Source: Selaginella moellendorffii
Lineage: Eukaryota > Plantae > Lycopodiophyta
Direction: 5' to 3'
Assembly: GCF_000143415.4 (NCBI RefSeq)
Contig: NW_003314363.1
Span: 186,001 to 250,000 of the forward strand
Length of the DNA stretch: 64,000 nucleotides
Shown: one piece after another, positions 48,754-59,044 of the stretch
Layout of the letters: every line of letters starts with the position of its first letter
Position numbering within the stretch: the first letter of the stretch is position 1
The notes under the pieces: generated by a model
Told to the model about the DNA's origin: nothing
What the model saw: only the letters and a program-made list of their open reading frames with translations
The model's database searches: none
Translations under genes and position numbers: made by a program

Positions 48754-49692
48754 ATGGAGTGGAAGTCGTTCTTGGAGGGCGGCGTGGCGTCGATCGTCGC
48801 GGGATCGCTGACGCATCCCCTGGATCTCATCAAGGTTCGAATGCAGCTCCAAGTGGAGCCGATTCCCGTGGCCCAGGTCCATCAATCCCTGGCATTCGCG
48901 GGCGGTCACACGGCATCGATCGCGGCAGCGGCGCCAAGAACAGCGGGGCCGATCGCGGTCGGGATTAGGGTTGTCCAGACGGAGGGCGCGCGAGCTCTCT
49001 TTTCGGGCGTCTCGGCGGCGGTTCTTCGCCAGACTCTCTACTCCACCACGCGCCTGGGGCTGTACGATGTGATGAAGAAGAAGTGGCAGGAGCCGGATGG
49101 GAGCTTGCCACTGCCCAAGAAGATCGGGGCGGGGCTGGTTGCTGGGGCGATCGGCGCGACGGTGGGGAATCCAGCCGACGTCGCCATGGTCCGGATGCAA
49201 GCCGATGGACGATTGCCCCTGGCGCAGCGGAGGAACTACGCTGGCGTCGGCGACGCGCTCTTCCGGATGGCGCGCCAGGAAGGGATCAAGGCGCTGTGGA
49301 CTGGATCGGGGCCGACTGTGCAGAGGGCGATGATCGTCACGGCGGCGCAGCTCGCGACTTACGATCAGACCAAGGAGGCGCTCCTCCGCAACCGCGTGAC
49401 CAGGGATGGGTTTGGCACCCACGTCGCGGCCAGCTTCTCGGCGGGCTTCGTGGCGTCGGTGGCTTCCAACCCGATCGACGTGATCAAGACGAGGATCATG
49501 AATATGAGCGTCCAGGCCGGGGAGGAGGCGCCCTACAAGGGGACGCTGGATTGCGCGGTGAAGACGATCAAGGCCGAGGGGCCGATGGCGCTCTACAAGG
49601 GATTCGTGCCCACGGTGTCGCGCCAGGGGCCATTTGCGGTGGTGCTGTTCGTGACGCTGGAGCAAATGCGATCGCTCCTCAAGAACGTTTGA
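48754..49692 (+). CDS. DIC: Mitochondrial dicarboxylate carrier (DIC/UCP4-5 type), intronless
   Basis: Three carrier signatures PLDLIKVRMQ, PADVAMVRMQ and PIDVIKTRIM; LRQTLYSTTRLGLY; SRQGPF. Confidence 0.95.
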   Translation: MEWKSFLEGGVASIVAGSLTHPLDLIKVRMQLQVEPIPVAQVHQSLAFAGGHTASIAAAAPRTAGPIAVGIRVVQTEGARALFSGVSAAVLRQTLYSTTRLGLYDVMKKKWQEPDGSLPLPKKIGAGLVAGAIGATVGNPADVAMVRMQADGRLPLAQRRNYAGVGDALFRMARQEGIKALWTGSGPTVQRAMIVTAAQLATYDQTKEALLRNRVTRDGFGTHVAASFSAGFVASVASNPIDVIKTRIMNMSVQAGEEAPYKGTLDCAVKTIKAEGPMALYKGFVPTVSRQGPFAVVLFVTLEQMRSLLKNV

Positions 49693-50338
49693 TCCAGCTC
49701 TTGATTCTTGAGATGGATCACTCCTGATTGTTTGGAGTTCCTTTTGATTATGACGAAGAAAATAAAGAACTAGAAGTGAATCTAACAGTGTTGTTGTATA
49801 GCGCTAGTCACTGAAGCAAAGCTCCTTCTTGGCTTGGAAGGTAATTGTCCGAATAGAAAACCTCTATTGATATTTTGAGTGAAATCCACCGTCCGGAGCG
49901 TGGCCGTCCACGTATCGCGGTCGTTGCGAGGTAGATCGCTTTCACGCAACGACTTTCACATGACTACCTCACAAAGATCGTTAAAAGTATACAGTCGAGC
50001 TAATGATTTTTCACTACGGGATGCCACGTGGACTGGCCCTCCACCAACCAGGTAAATGCTGGCGGTGCCAGCTCGTCTATCAGGAGGGCCTTGATTACAT
50101 GGCCAGCTCAGCAGCAAGGAATGCTCGCTATGGTGGGTGTTGCTTTCGTTTTGTTAGGGTTCTTGAGGCCGCGAGGAGGAAGGGCGCAGGTATGGTGTCA
50201 CGATTCCGAGCAAGGTGGGTCTCTGTTCTTGGAGGGAAGGAGGTAGCGAGGACGGCACGCTAGAAAGATTTCGTGGATTTTGGTGCTTTCTAGCTCCCCG
50301 CTTTTCTCCTCTTGCATTGCGGTGCTGCGCTCGTCACA

Positions 50339-52813
50339 ATGCCGTCGAGTCCGAATTACAGCGTCCGGGCGCGCAAGGTTGAGAAGATTTTCAAGCAGTT
50401 CGATGGCAACGGCGATGGCAGGCTCAATCGCGACGAGATGGCAGCGCTGGTCATTGCCGTGAATCCCCGGGTGAAATTCAGCGACGAGCAGATCAGAGCT
50501 ATCCTGGACGAGGTGTTTCGGACCTATGGAGAGTTCATCGATGGCAAGAAGGGGCTCACTTTCGACGGGCTCTTGAGGACTTACGACGATGGCGCCGGGG
50601 ACGTGGACAGGGATTTCGATGCGCTGGGCTTGCAGCTGGAGAAAGACGACGGTGCTGGAGCTGGGACGGATGTGGAGAGCGTGGGAGACGAGAGCAGGAG
50701 TAGCGAGCCAACGGGGCTATCAAAGGCTGGTGGCGTGGTCTCGATCATGGACGAGAGACCGGAGGCTGCAAGCGCCAAACGCAGGCAGAATGTAGGTGCT
50801 TGGGCGGCTTCACCCAACAATGGGATTGTCTACGACGATACGTGGAGACTCGTGGAGGATCTGGAAATTCTGCTTCGACGAGCCGAGGCCAAGATCGAGG
50901 CACGGAGGAAAGCGAAGCTGAGCAGGAAGAAATCGTCGTCGGCTAATGGTGTGGATGTCTCCGGCCAGCTTGCGGGTGGTGACGAAGTCGTGAGAAGAAC
51001 CATGCACGACCTCGGGACGGAGTCATCGGTTTACCAAAAGGCTCTGGGAGATCTTCGCCAGAAAGCTGATGCTTCGAGAACGCAGGACGAGGCGTTTGAT
51101 GCACATATGGCCATGGGACGCTCGCTCTTTGATCACAAGTTCTACGAGGAAGCTCTGATCTGCTTCAAGAGAGCGACCGAGCTCCGGCCAACCGACGTGC
51201 GACCGCATTTTCGGACGGGCAACACTCTTTACTCGCTCGAGAAGTTTTTGGAAGCACGAGAGGCGTACGAGCTGGCATTGGATGCTGCAAACACCGGAAA
51301 TCCTCAGTGGACCAACCTTGTTCCGCAGATCCACGTCAACTTGGGAGTTGCTCTGGAAGGCGAAGGCATGCTGCTGAACGCTTGTGAGCACTACAGAGAA
51401 GCAGCGATACTCCATCCTCCTCACTATCGAGCTCTTAAACTTCTGGGAAGCGGCCTGTATGGAGTTGGCGAATACAGAGCGGCAGAAAAGGCTCTCGGCG
51501 AAGCGATCTTTTTGAAGTCGGACTATGCTGATGCTCACTGCGATCTCGGGTCTGTTCTTCATGCTTTGGGGGACGATGAAAGAGCCATAGTGGAGTTCCA
51601 GAAGGCTATTGATATCAAGCCGGATCACATGGACGCACTGTACAACCTTGGAGGACTGTTGCGTGACACAGGGAGGTTTCAGAGAGCAGCAGAGGTTTAC
51701 TCGAGGGTGCTCTCTTTGAATCCTAGTCACTGGCAAGCGCAGCTAAACAGAGCGGTTTCTTTACTCGGTGCCGGTGATACCGAGGAAGCAAGGAAGGCGC
51801 TGAAAGAAGCCTTCAAGATGACAAACAGGGTCGAGCTTTATGATGCTATCGGCCACCTCAAGCACCTCCAGAAGAAACCGAAGGGACTGAATGGAATGAT
51901 CAAAGGTGCCCAGGATGTCGAGCGCAGCGACAGTGGCTTTGTCATCGCAGATCCGTCAACTTTCACAAGAGTTGGCAACAAAACGACACCTCGACCGTGG
52001 ATTGCGCACGCTCTTAAGATCCGGGCTTTTCAGAAGCATACCAGGCTCCATCGCTGCAACCTCGCCAGCTTGAGCAAAGAGATGGCAAACAAACCATCGG
52101 TATCTCAAACAGCCGGTACAGCCGGGCACATTTCGGAGGCGCTCATACGGAAGGCAGATCTTGAGAAGTCTCTGAGCAGAATGCTCAGCTTCTTGCCACC
52201 GACTACTTTTCAGTCGGCGGTGAAGGCAATCAACGAGAAAGTGCTGAGCGTGCTGGACAAAGTAGGCTCTGGTCGAGTGGACCTGGGAATGTTCTTGGCG
52301 ACAATAGCACCGCTCTGCGCTGGTCCAGTCGACAAGAGGAAGCGGACGGCTTTCGACTGCCTGGTGCACCGATCGACCAAGGGACTGGGTGCCGAGATCG
52401 TCAAGTCGGACGCTAAAACGTACTTCAAGCACCTGCGGGCCATTTACTTATCCTCCGAGTCCACGAGCGAGCTGTGGGAAGTTCGTGGCGAAGACGAGCA
52501 CGCCAACATCTCGTATCCCGAGTTCGTGGAGATGTTTGACGACCGGGACTGGGCCTTTGGCGTTCTGCACACCGTGGTGAAGCTCGAGGCCGGGGACCGA
52601 GTTCGTCACAATGGGATAGCCTGCGCGGTGTGCTCGTATCCCATAACAGGTCCTCGTTTCAAGGAGACAAACGCCAACTTCAGCCTGTGCTCTACGTGCT
52701 ACGGCGATGGAAAAGTCCCGGATCACCCCAAGCAGGAGAGCTACTCCTTCCGGGAGTACAACTCGGAGACGGACGCTGTCAAGGACAAGCTACGATTCCT
52801 CGGAAGGTCATAG
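50339..52813 (+). CDS. EF-hand + TPR + ZZ-type zinc finger protein (At1g05150-like), intronless CDS
   Basis: FDGNGDGRLNRDE EF hand, AVNPRVKFSDEQI, TPR array (DAHCDLGSVL.., DALYNLGGL..), CAVCSYPITGPRFKE..LCSTCY. Confidence 0.93.
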   Translation: MPSSPNYSVRARKVEKIFKQFDGNGDGRLNRDEMAALVIAVNPRVKFSDEQIRAILDEVFRTYGEFIDGKKGLTFDGLLRTYDDGAGDVDRDFDALGLQLEKDDGAGAGTDVESVGDESRSSEPTGLSKAGGVVSIMDERPEAASAKRRQNVGAWAASPNNGIVYDDTWRLVEDLEILLRRAEAKIEARRKAKLSRKKSSSANGVDVSGQLAGGDEVVRRTMHDLGTESSVYQKALGDLRQKADASRTQDEAFDAHMAMGRSLFDHKFYEEALICFKRATELRPTDVRPHFRTGNTLYSLEKFLEAREAYELALDAANTGNPQWTNLVPQIHVNLGVALEGEGMLLNACEHYREAAILHPPHYRALKLLGSGLYGVGEYRAAEKALGEAIFLKSDYADAHCDLGSVLHALGDDERAIVEFQKAIDIKPDHMDALYNLGGLLRDTGRFQRAAEVYSRVLSLNPSHWQAQLNRAVSLLGAGDTEEARKALKEAFKMTNRVELYDAIGHLKHLQKKPKGLNGMIKGAQDVERSDSGFVIADPSTFTRVGNKTTPRPWIAHALKIRAFQKHTRLHRCNLASLSKEMANKPSVSQTAGTAGHISEALIRKADLEKSLSRMLSFLPPTTFQSAVKAINEKVLSVLDKVGSGRVDLGMFLATIAPLCAGPVDKRKRTAFDCLVHRSTKGLGAEIVKSDAKTYFKHLRAIYLSSESTSELWEVRGEDEHANISYPEFVEMFDDRDWAFGVLHTVVKLEAGDRVRHNGIACAVCSYPITGPRFKETNANFSLCSTCYGDGKVPDHPKQESYSFREYNSETDAVKDKLRFLGRS

Positions 52814-53664
52814 AAAGGGAGTTCTTCTGCTGGTGCTCAGTACCCCTGCCAAATTGGTGGGTACGTATCCTTTTCCTGTTGTTTTCTTCCCGTTACTCAC
52901 TGCTCATCGTCGTTTTCATTCGCAGGTGCTAGCTACCAGCAGAAGCTGTGTGTAGATATACGTCGTGGTTACTGGTTGGAAGATTTTCATGGTCGACGAG
53001 AGAAATAAGCCAGTGTAATGTGAAGAACGAAAGAAAAGTCTGGTGAGCTTTTCTTTGCTTTTTCTTTTTGCTTCTTCTTGTGTGTGTTGAACTTCGAGAT
53101 AATCCAGATATGTTTTGTTTATCCAATCGATGAGGATATCTTGCAGTGGTGGACAAAGAGAATTCCATCACAGGGAATCTTTTACGCTCGTCACACTGAG
53201 CGGATTGATCGGGACAAAAAAGAAGAACCGATCATCCAGAGCTAAGTTTAATCTCAAGACTTTGACCCTCGAGGAGTACCTGGGTACTTAGTGGAGATTA
53301 CGTCGGGCTCTGCTTATTCTACTAACTTCTCGCCTTTTCGATGCATGTAAGACGTCGCGATCCGGCTGGGACTATGGAAGAAAAGTCAGATCACGGGGCA
53401 CACAAAAAAAAAGATGGAGAGAGAGAAGAAGTGGAGGAAATTTTCGAGCAAGAGAGCTTGAAAGCTCACAGGAAATGAGAGAAGTGAGTAGCGTATAAAA
53501 ATGTCGGTGTTCTAAAGGGAAGAACTCCCGGTTCTACGCGAAAGGCGATGGTGGTATGAGAACGGTGGGTCATATCAATGAAAGTGGGAAAGAAAGGGGG
53601 CAAAAGTTGTCAAGGAAAGAAATAGAGTGATCTCTTCTCTCTCGTCTAGAGCTGGATTTAGGTC

Positions 53665-53712
<48 letters not shown>
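53665..53712. repeat. Compound (GT)n(GA)n microsatellite
   Basis: About 12 GT units followed directly by about 12 GA units. Confidence 0.95.
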
Positions 53713-53713
<1 letters not shown>

Positions 53714-53993
53714 CTTCTTGTGTAACGCTCTCTTCTTCCTTTCTAGCGATTAGCCTTCGAGGAGGGAAGATTTTAGGGCGCGCTTGCGCTTGTGGACGCG
53801 GTCACCGGTTCTTCGCAATTTGGGCGCGATTTGTGGCTCTTCTAGGGCGGGCAATGCGGGCGCTGGAATGCAGACTGGAAATGGGAGCTGGCGCCGGGGG
53901 ATGAGAGCCATGAGGGAAGGATCCAGGCCTTCTTCTTGTTCTTCCTCCTCCCTTCCTTCTCCCTCGTCGCCCTGCTAGGAATCACACTGCAAT

Positions 53994-56393
53994 ATGATCG
54001 ATCAGCTGGTCAACTTCGTAATTCGCCCTCCCAGGTGAGCAAATTCCCCCGCCGCGATTCCACTGCTCATCGAAATTCCTCTTTCTTTTGTCTGGCACAG
54101 GGCGGATTACATGCCCTCCCATGATCTACTGGAGCGCGAGTTTGTGCTCAAGGGACATAGATACGAGCGTAAAGACTTAGAGGCAAGTTTGTTCGTTAGA
54201 ATAGTTCTCGTCTTTATCATCTTTTGGCCGCGTTCTAAAAGCTTCCTTCGTCTCTTCCCTACGAGCAGATTACCAACAGTCGCGGCCACGTACTGCAATG
54301 CAGCCATTACAGACCACGTCCCCTACCGGAAGATGTCTCGCTTCCTTGCGTGATTTATTGCCATGGAAACAGGTTTGTCCAGAGGAATTTACTTCCACTT
54401 CTTTATTCTTTGGCTGTGGTTTTGGCAGTGGGTGCCGAGCTGATGCAAACGAGGCTGCCATAATTTTGCTCCCCTCGAACATCACCGTCTTCACGCTTGA
54501 TTTCTCTGGCTCGGGTCTGTCTGAAGGGAAGTATGTTAGCTTAGGCTGGAATGAGGTATGATCTATCATCTGAGCCTTTGTTTTGTTTTTCCTGACTTTG
54601 TGGTATTTTAGACTGATGATCTCAAGGCTGTTGTAACGCATCTTCGCAAGGACAAACAAGTCAGCCTCGTTGGTTTGTGGGGACGTTCGATGGGAGCTGT
54701 GACCAGGTTTGTAAAAGCACGGTTTGCTGACAAGTTGGATTGACTTGCTTGGATATTGTTGTGCAGTCTTTTCTATGGAGCACAAGATCCATCCATCGCT
54801 GGGATGGTTCTGGATAGTCCATTTTCCAACTTGTTTGAGCTTATGCTAGAGCTTGTAGACGTGTACAAAATTCGACTTCCTAAGTTTACTGTAAGTGATG
54901 GTTTGCGTTGTGGCGGATGAAAAACTCGGTTTTCTTTGTATAGGTAAAGGTAGCTGTTCAATATATGCGGAGGCTAATCCTCAAGAGAGCTCAATTTGAC
55001 ATTATGGACCTCGACGTTATAAAGGTTTGCTGAGCAAAGCAAAGAGTTCTTTAAGCTATGTACAGGAGTATTTTTGTGCTGTCAGGTAGCTCAGAAAAAC
55101 TTCGTACCGGTGTTATTTGGTCATGCAACTGAAGACTTGTTTATTCAACCTCACCATTCAGATGCGATATTTAAGGCGTATGGAGTATGTTATCGTTTTT
55201 TCCTGAGTTATAACTTCGACTTGCAAAATTACCAGGGAGACAAGAACATCATTAAGTTTGAGGGAGATCACAACTCTGCCAGGCCCCAGTTTTATTACGA
55301 CTCAGTCACCATTTTCTTTTACAATGTGCTGCGTCCACCTAGCGAGACCTACGCGGAATCGGTGCCAGTTCCTGATCCTTTGTATTATGACGTAAACGGA
55401 TATGTCTTTGACGAGGACATTGATGAGGTAGTTTGCGCACGCTTGCCGTTTGAAGTCTGCTGACAAAAGGTTTTCTCGACTTTAGAACATGCTATACGAG
55501 ATCATGAAGGGAATGCAAGCTGCAAACCCCAAGCCTGACGAAAATGGTGCAACATCGCAGGCACAACAAAGAGTCGTAGGAGGTACAATATTTTCTCCTT
55601 CACTGGACGAGAAGCATAAAGTTTTTATATCCAGGAGTCGCTGCTAAAACAGACTCCAGTTCTACGGAGGACGCCATCAATCAATCACGCTCTCGGTGGC
55701 AAATGAGTAGGACTGTTGTATGTAGTGTGCCGCTGCTCTTGTCATTTGGTGCTTGCATGATTAATTTTTCCTTTTCGCTTTCGCAGGTTCCTTACGACAA
55801 TACAGAGCAAGTAGAAGACGCTGCGGAGCTAATGAAGAGGATGGACCAATGTGGCGAGTCTGCCTCTTGTTTACATACTCCTGAGGTTAGCTGCTCAATA
55901 ACTTAACTCTTCGTTGTCTAAAATCGTTGCTAAATTCTCCAGGCCGAGCAAAACGATGCCTGCTCCCGGTGCGTCTCCAGCTCCGTATCAAATGGTCTCG
56001 ATGATTCGTGGCGAGGAGAAACCGGCTCGGATTCATTCCAAGTTTCACCCAGCTCGTCCGATGGCTTTGCCCACTTCCCATCCACGTTTGACGACGAAGA
56101 GAGGGTGAGTAGCGCTTGATCCTCGCGTAGCTAAGTTGGAGGCTCTTCAACTTTGTGTTTAAACGACTTTATACTCGCAGATGGTGATGGAAGCGATTGC
56201 TGCGTCTCTGGAAGAGATGAGCCTCCGATCCAAAGAAGCGGCGTCCAGGTCTCAAGGTGCTGCTGCTCCTGTTGCTGTTACTGCTGCGAGCCCAACAGCG
56301 TCGACGAGCAGTAAGCTCGAAACGTTTGGGCAAAGGCTGCGAAGTGGGCTGTTTAGAGGCATGAACAAACGAAGCAACAGCTCTCACTCCTAA
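53994..56393 (+). CDS. Alpha/beta-hydrolase family protein (YqkD-like plant family) with a C-terminal UIM-like acidic segment, multi-exon
   Basis: MIDQLVNFVIRPPR, PCVIYCHGNSGCRAD, LDFSGSGLS, nucleophile LWGRSMGA, GDHNSARP. One GC-AG intron at 54183-54268. Confidence 0.92.
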
Positions 56394-56754
56394 GATGCTT
56401 GTATTTTTCTTTTGATCTTTTCACATTGATTTGATTTTTCACTGTAAAAATAATATCAGCAACTTTTGTGGAAAAGCTTAACTAAGTGATAATTAAATTA
56501 GAATTCAAGATCTTGCGATGGCGTCGTAGTTGAAGTCTCTCTGTGGCATGGCTTTGTTACTCTAGAATTATAAACTATGCCTCCGGTGGAGGATGCCGGA
56601 GAGGGCAGTGAGTGAATTCCAGTAATTTCGGAGAGGGAAAAGCTAACTGGAAGTCTTGATTCCAGCCATCCAGTCAAGAACTGCCACTTTGCATGTCGTT
56701 TACTTATCATCGATTCTCTTTGATAGATTTTCTTTGCAAAAGAAGCTTTAGATC

Positions 56755-57252
56755 ATGTCTCGCGCACTAAGTTTGTTCTTCTTCATTCTCTTGGAGGCTG
56801 CTGCGGTGACCTCTCCGCCAGGGAAGAATGAAACAGGTATATAACCATTTGCACAATCCCTTTTGTCCAATAATCTCAGATTCGCCTATCTCCAATCGCA
56901 ATTGTTTTTGATGATCTCAAGTCTCGATTGATGTTCCTGAAAAGATCCATGCCTGCATCCGCTTGCATGCTTTGGTATGCACATAGTTCTTCAATGTTTT
57001 TCCTTCCACAGTGATGGGTACGACTGCTAAGCAACTGGATTCCAATTCCACTTCAAAAATTGCGAGATCTATTTTGAAGACAATATTCTTGACATGATCA
57101 TGTTGTTATAGCAGCCAACCATCATCTCTGGTGATCAGGAGCAGCAAAGCTTCATTATCGGTGACCCCTCTGATATATGGATCCCAACACTTACGATTTT
57201 AATCGTTGCCATAGTGATCATAGGAAAAGAATCTTATATTTATTTAATATAA
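56755..57252 (+). pseudogene. Decayed paralog of the secreted DYIY-peptide precursor
   Basis: Exon 1 (56755-56836) reads MSRALSLFFFILLEAAAVTSPPGKNET. The exon-2 GT donor is lost, the TATA region is deleted and DYIY is replaced by other sequence. Confidence 0.65.
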
Positions 57253-57865
57253 ATCCATTTGGCTGGGTATAAATTTCTTTGTAATTTCTCCTTCGAAATT
57301 ATATTGATATAGGTTAATCATTCAAAGTTAACAGCACTGGAGCACTCCCTCGATGTTCTAGATGCAATCGTCCAAAGTTCTATCTATTGAGACCCGTGGT
57401 CGCAGCGGGCAGCCACGTTGATCCCAGGTGATGTTGAAGCATCACAAAACGAAGTTGGATGAGCATTCGAGGGGGACCTAACTCTATATGGATGCATCCT
57501 ATACACTTATTAGTCCTCCTAGTCCAATGGTGCTGCCCATGGAATTGCTAACATCGATAGAGGCTTCAAACCGGATGTGGCTCTGTACATATCACTGCAA
57601 GATCGTTGTGTGAGAGATCCAAGCCAAATTTAATAAATGTGAGTTTTATGATTCTCGTGAGTGAATTCCAGTAATTTCGGAGAGGGAAAAGCTAACTGGA
57701 AGTCTGGTTTCCAGCCATCCAGTCAAGAACTGCCACTTTGCATGTCGTTTCACTGGTTGACCTTTCCCGGCAGTGTATATATACAATCTCCACGCAAAAC
57801 GCTGATCATATCATCCATCTCTTTCTCACTTTGATAGATTTTCTTTGCAAAAGAAGCTCTAGATT

Positions 57866-58331
57866 ATGTCTCGCGCACTAAGTTTGTTCTTCTTCGTTCT
57901 CTTGGTGGCTGCTGCGGTGACCTCTCGGCCAGTGAAGAATGAAACAGGTATATAAATCTCTCCAATCTCGACTGGAATTCGCCTATCTCCAACCGCAATT
58001 GTTTTCGATGATCTCTAATCTCGATTGAAGAACATCAAGTTCCTGAAAAATCCATGCCTACATTCGCTTGCATGATTTGCAGATTGTAACTATGCAAGAG
58101 TGTCACCTGGTTCTTACGTGTTTACAATCGTTTTTTTCTTCCACAGTGATGGCTACAACTGCTAAGCAACTGGATTCGTCACCATCGTCCACGAGACCTG
58201 AGGTAAGACAGTCCTGTATTTTTTAAGACAGCATTCGTGACATTATCGGGTTGTTAATATAGCAGCCAATCATCTCTGGTGATCAGGAGCAGCAAGCCCA
58301 TGTCGACTACATTTACGATTTTAGTCCCTGA
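57866..58331 (+). CDS. Small secreted peptide precursor, phytosulfokine-like (68 aa; exons 57866-57947, 58147-58202, 58263-58331)
   Basis: Spliced product MSRALSLFFFVLLVAAAVTSRPVKNETVMATTAKQLDSSPSSTRPEQPIISGDQEQQAHVDYIYDFSP. Canonical GT..AG introns with matching phases; signal peptide; TATATATA at ~57775. Confidence 0.75.
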
Positions 58332-59044
58332 TGAAACGAGGCATCAATAAGAGAGTGAAAGAAATTCTCATATATTTAATATAAATCGATATAAATTCTT
58401 GTACTATCTAAATATTTTTAATTTCTATATTTTTATATATTTTAAAATATTAAAACAAAAATACTTAGATGGAATAAATATTACAATAAATCTAGTCTTC
58501 TTTCTAGATCAAATCTGATCTCATTCTCTAGCACTTTTGCAAGTTCAACTGTAATTAAAGTGGACTCCGTGATTTGAAGCTTGGTTCTGTCACAAAAAGA
58601 TCTCCAAAAGTCAGATGAACAGCAAACAATATTCTTGAAAGCAAGGTGCCTTTTCCTTTTGCCCGTTTTCTTCTTCTCATCCAGGATTCTTGCCATGCTG
58701 AAAGCACGGCACTCTGAAAAACTTGTCATCTCCTTACAAGAAAGTTGGCAAAACTGTACATCTCTCACACATTGGCCATCTTTTCCAGTGGGCAAGTCAG
58801 AAACTCCTCTTGGAAAATTTGGGTACTCCCAAAAGTCAATCCTCTCCCGGGTGCTCATCGGCTATAAGAATCGATCAATCTCAAAAGCTTTTGAGCAACA
58901 AAGGGAGCTTTCAGTGCCAGCGGCAGTAAGTTACAAAGAAAAGCTCTCTAGATGGATCTTAAGACCTGTCGTGGTATCTTTCGCAGGCTGGATCACTTCA
59001 CATACCGATCGATCTGATTTGGCAAAGCTATAACAAGCACGAAG

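Larger units (their letters stand above)
56608..58388 (+). repeat. Tandem segmental duplication (copy A ~56608-57256, copy B ~57657-58388)
   Basis: Long near-identical blocks starting gtgagtgaattccagtaatttcggagagggaaaagctaactggaagtc in both copies. Confidence 0.92.

Noticed and set aside
48736-49665. Long antisense ORFs over DIC, and similar ones over trihelix, DREB2, PHT1 and the PPR
   Set aside because: These are shadow ORFs caused by high GC3 codon bias in the real genes.
57330-57630. LDLSHNDL (LRR-like) on the minus strand between the two peptide-gene copies
   Set aside because: A single motif surrounded by stops is not enough to call a receptor fragment.
58481-59033. Overlapping 125-aa (-) and 150-aa (+) ORFs upstream of PHT1
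   Set aside because: No recognisable domain or splice structure; they may be chance ORFs or a decayed fragment.
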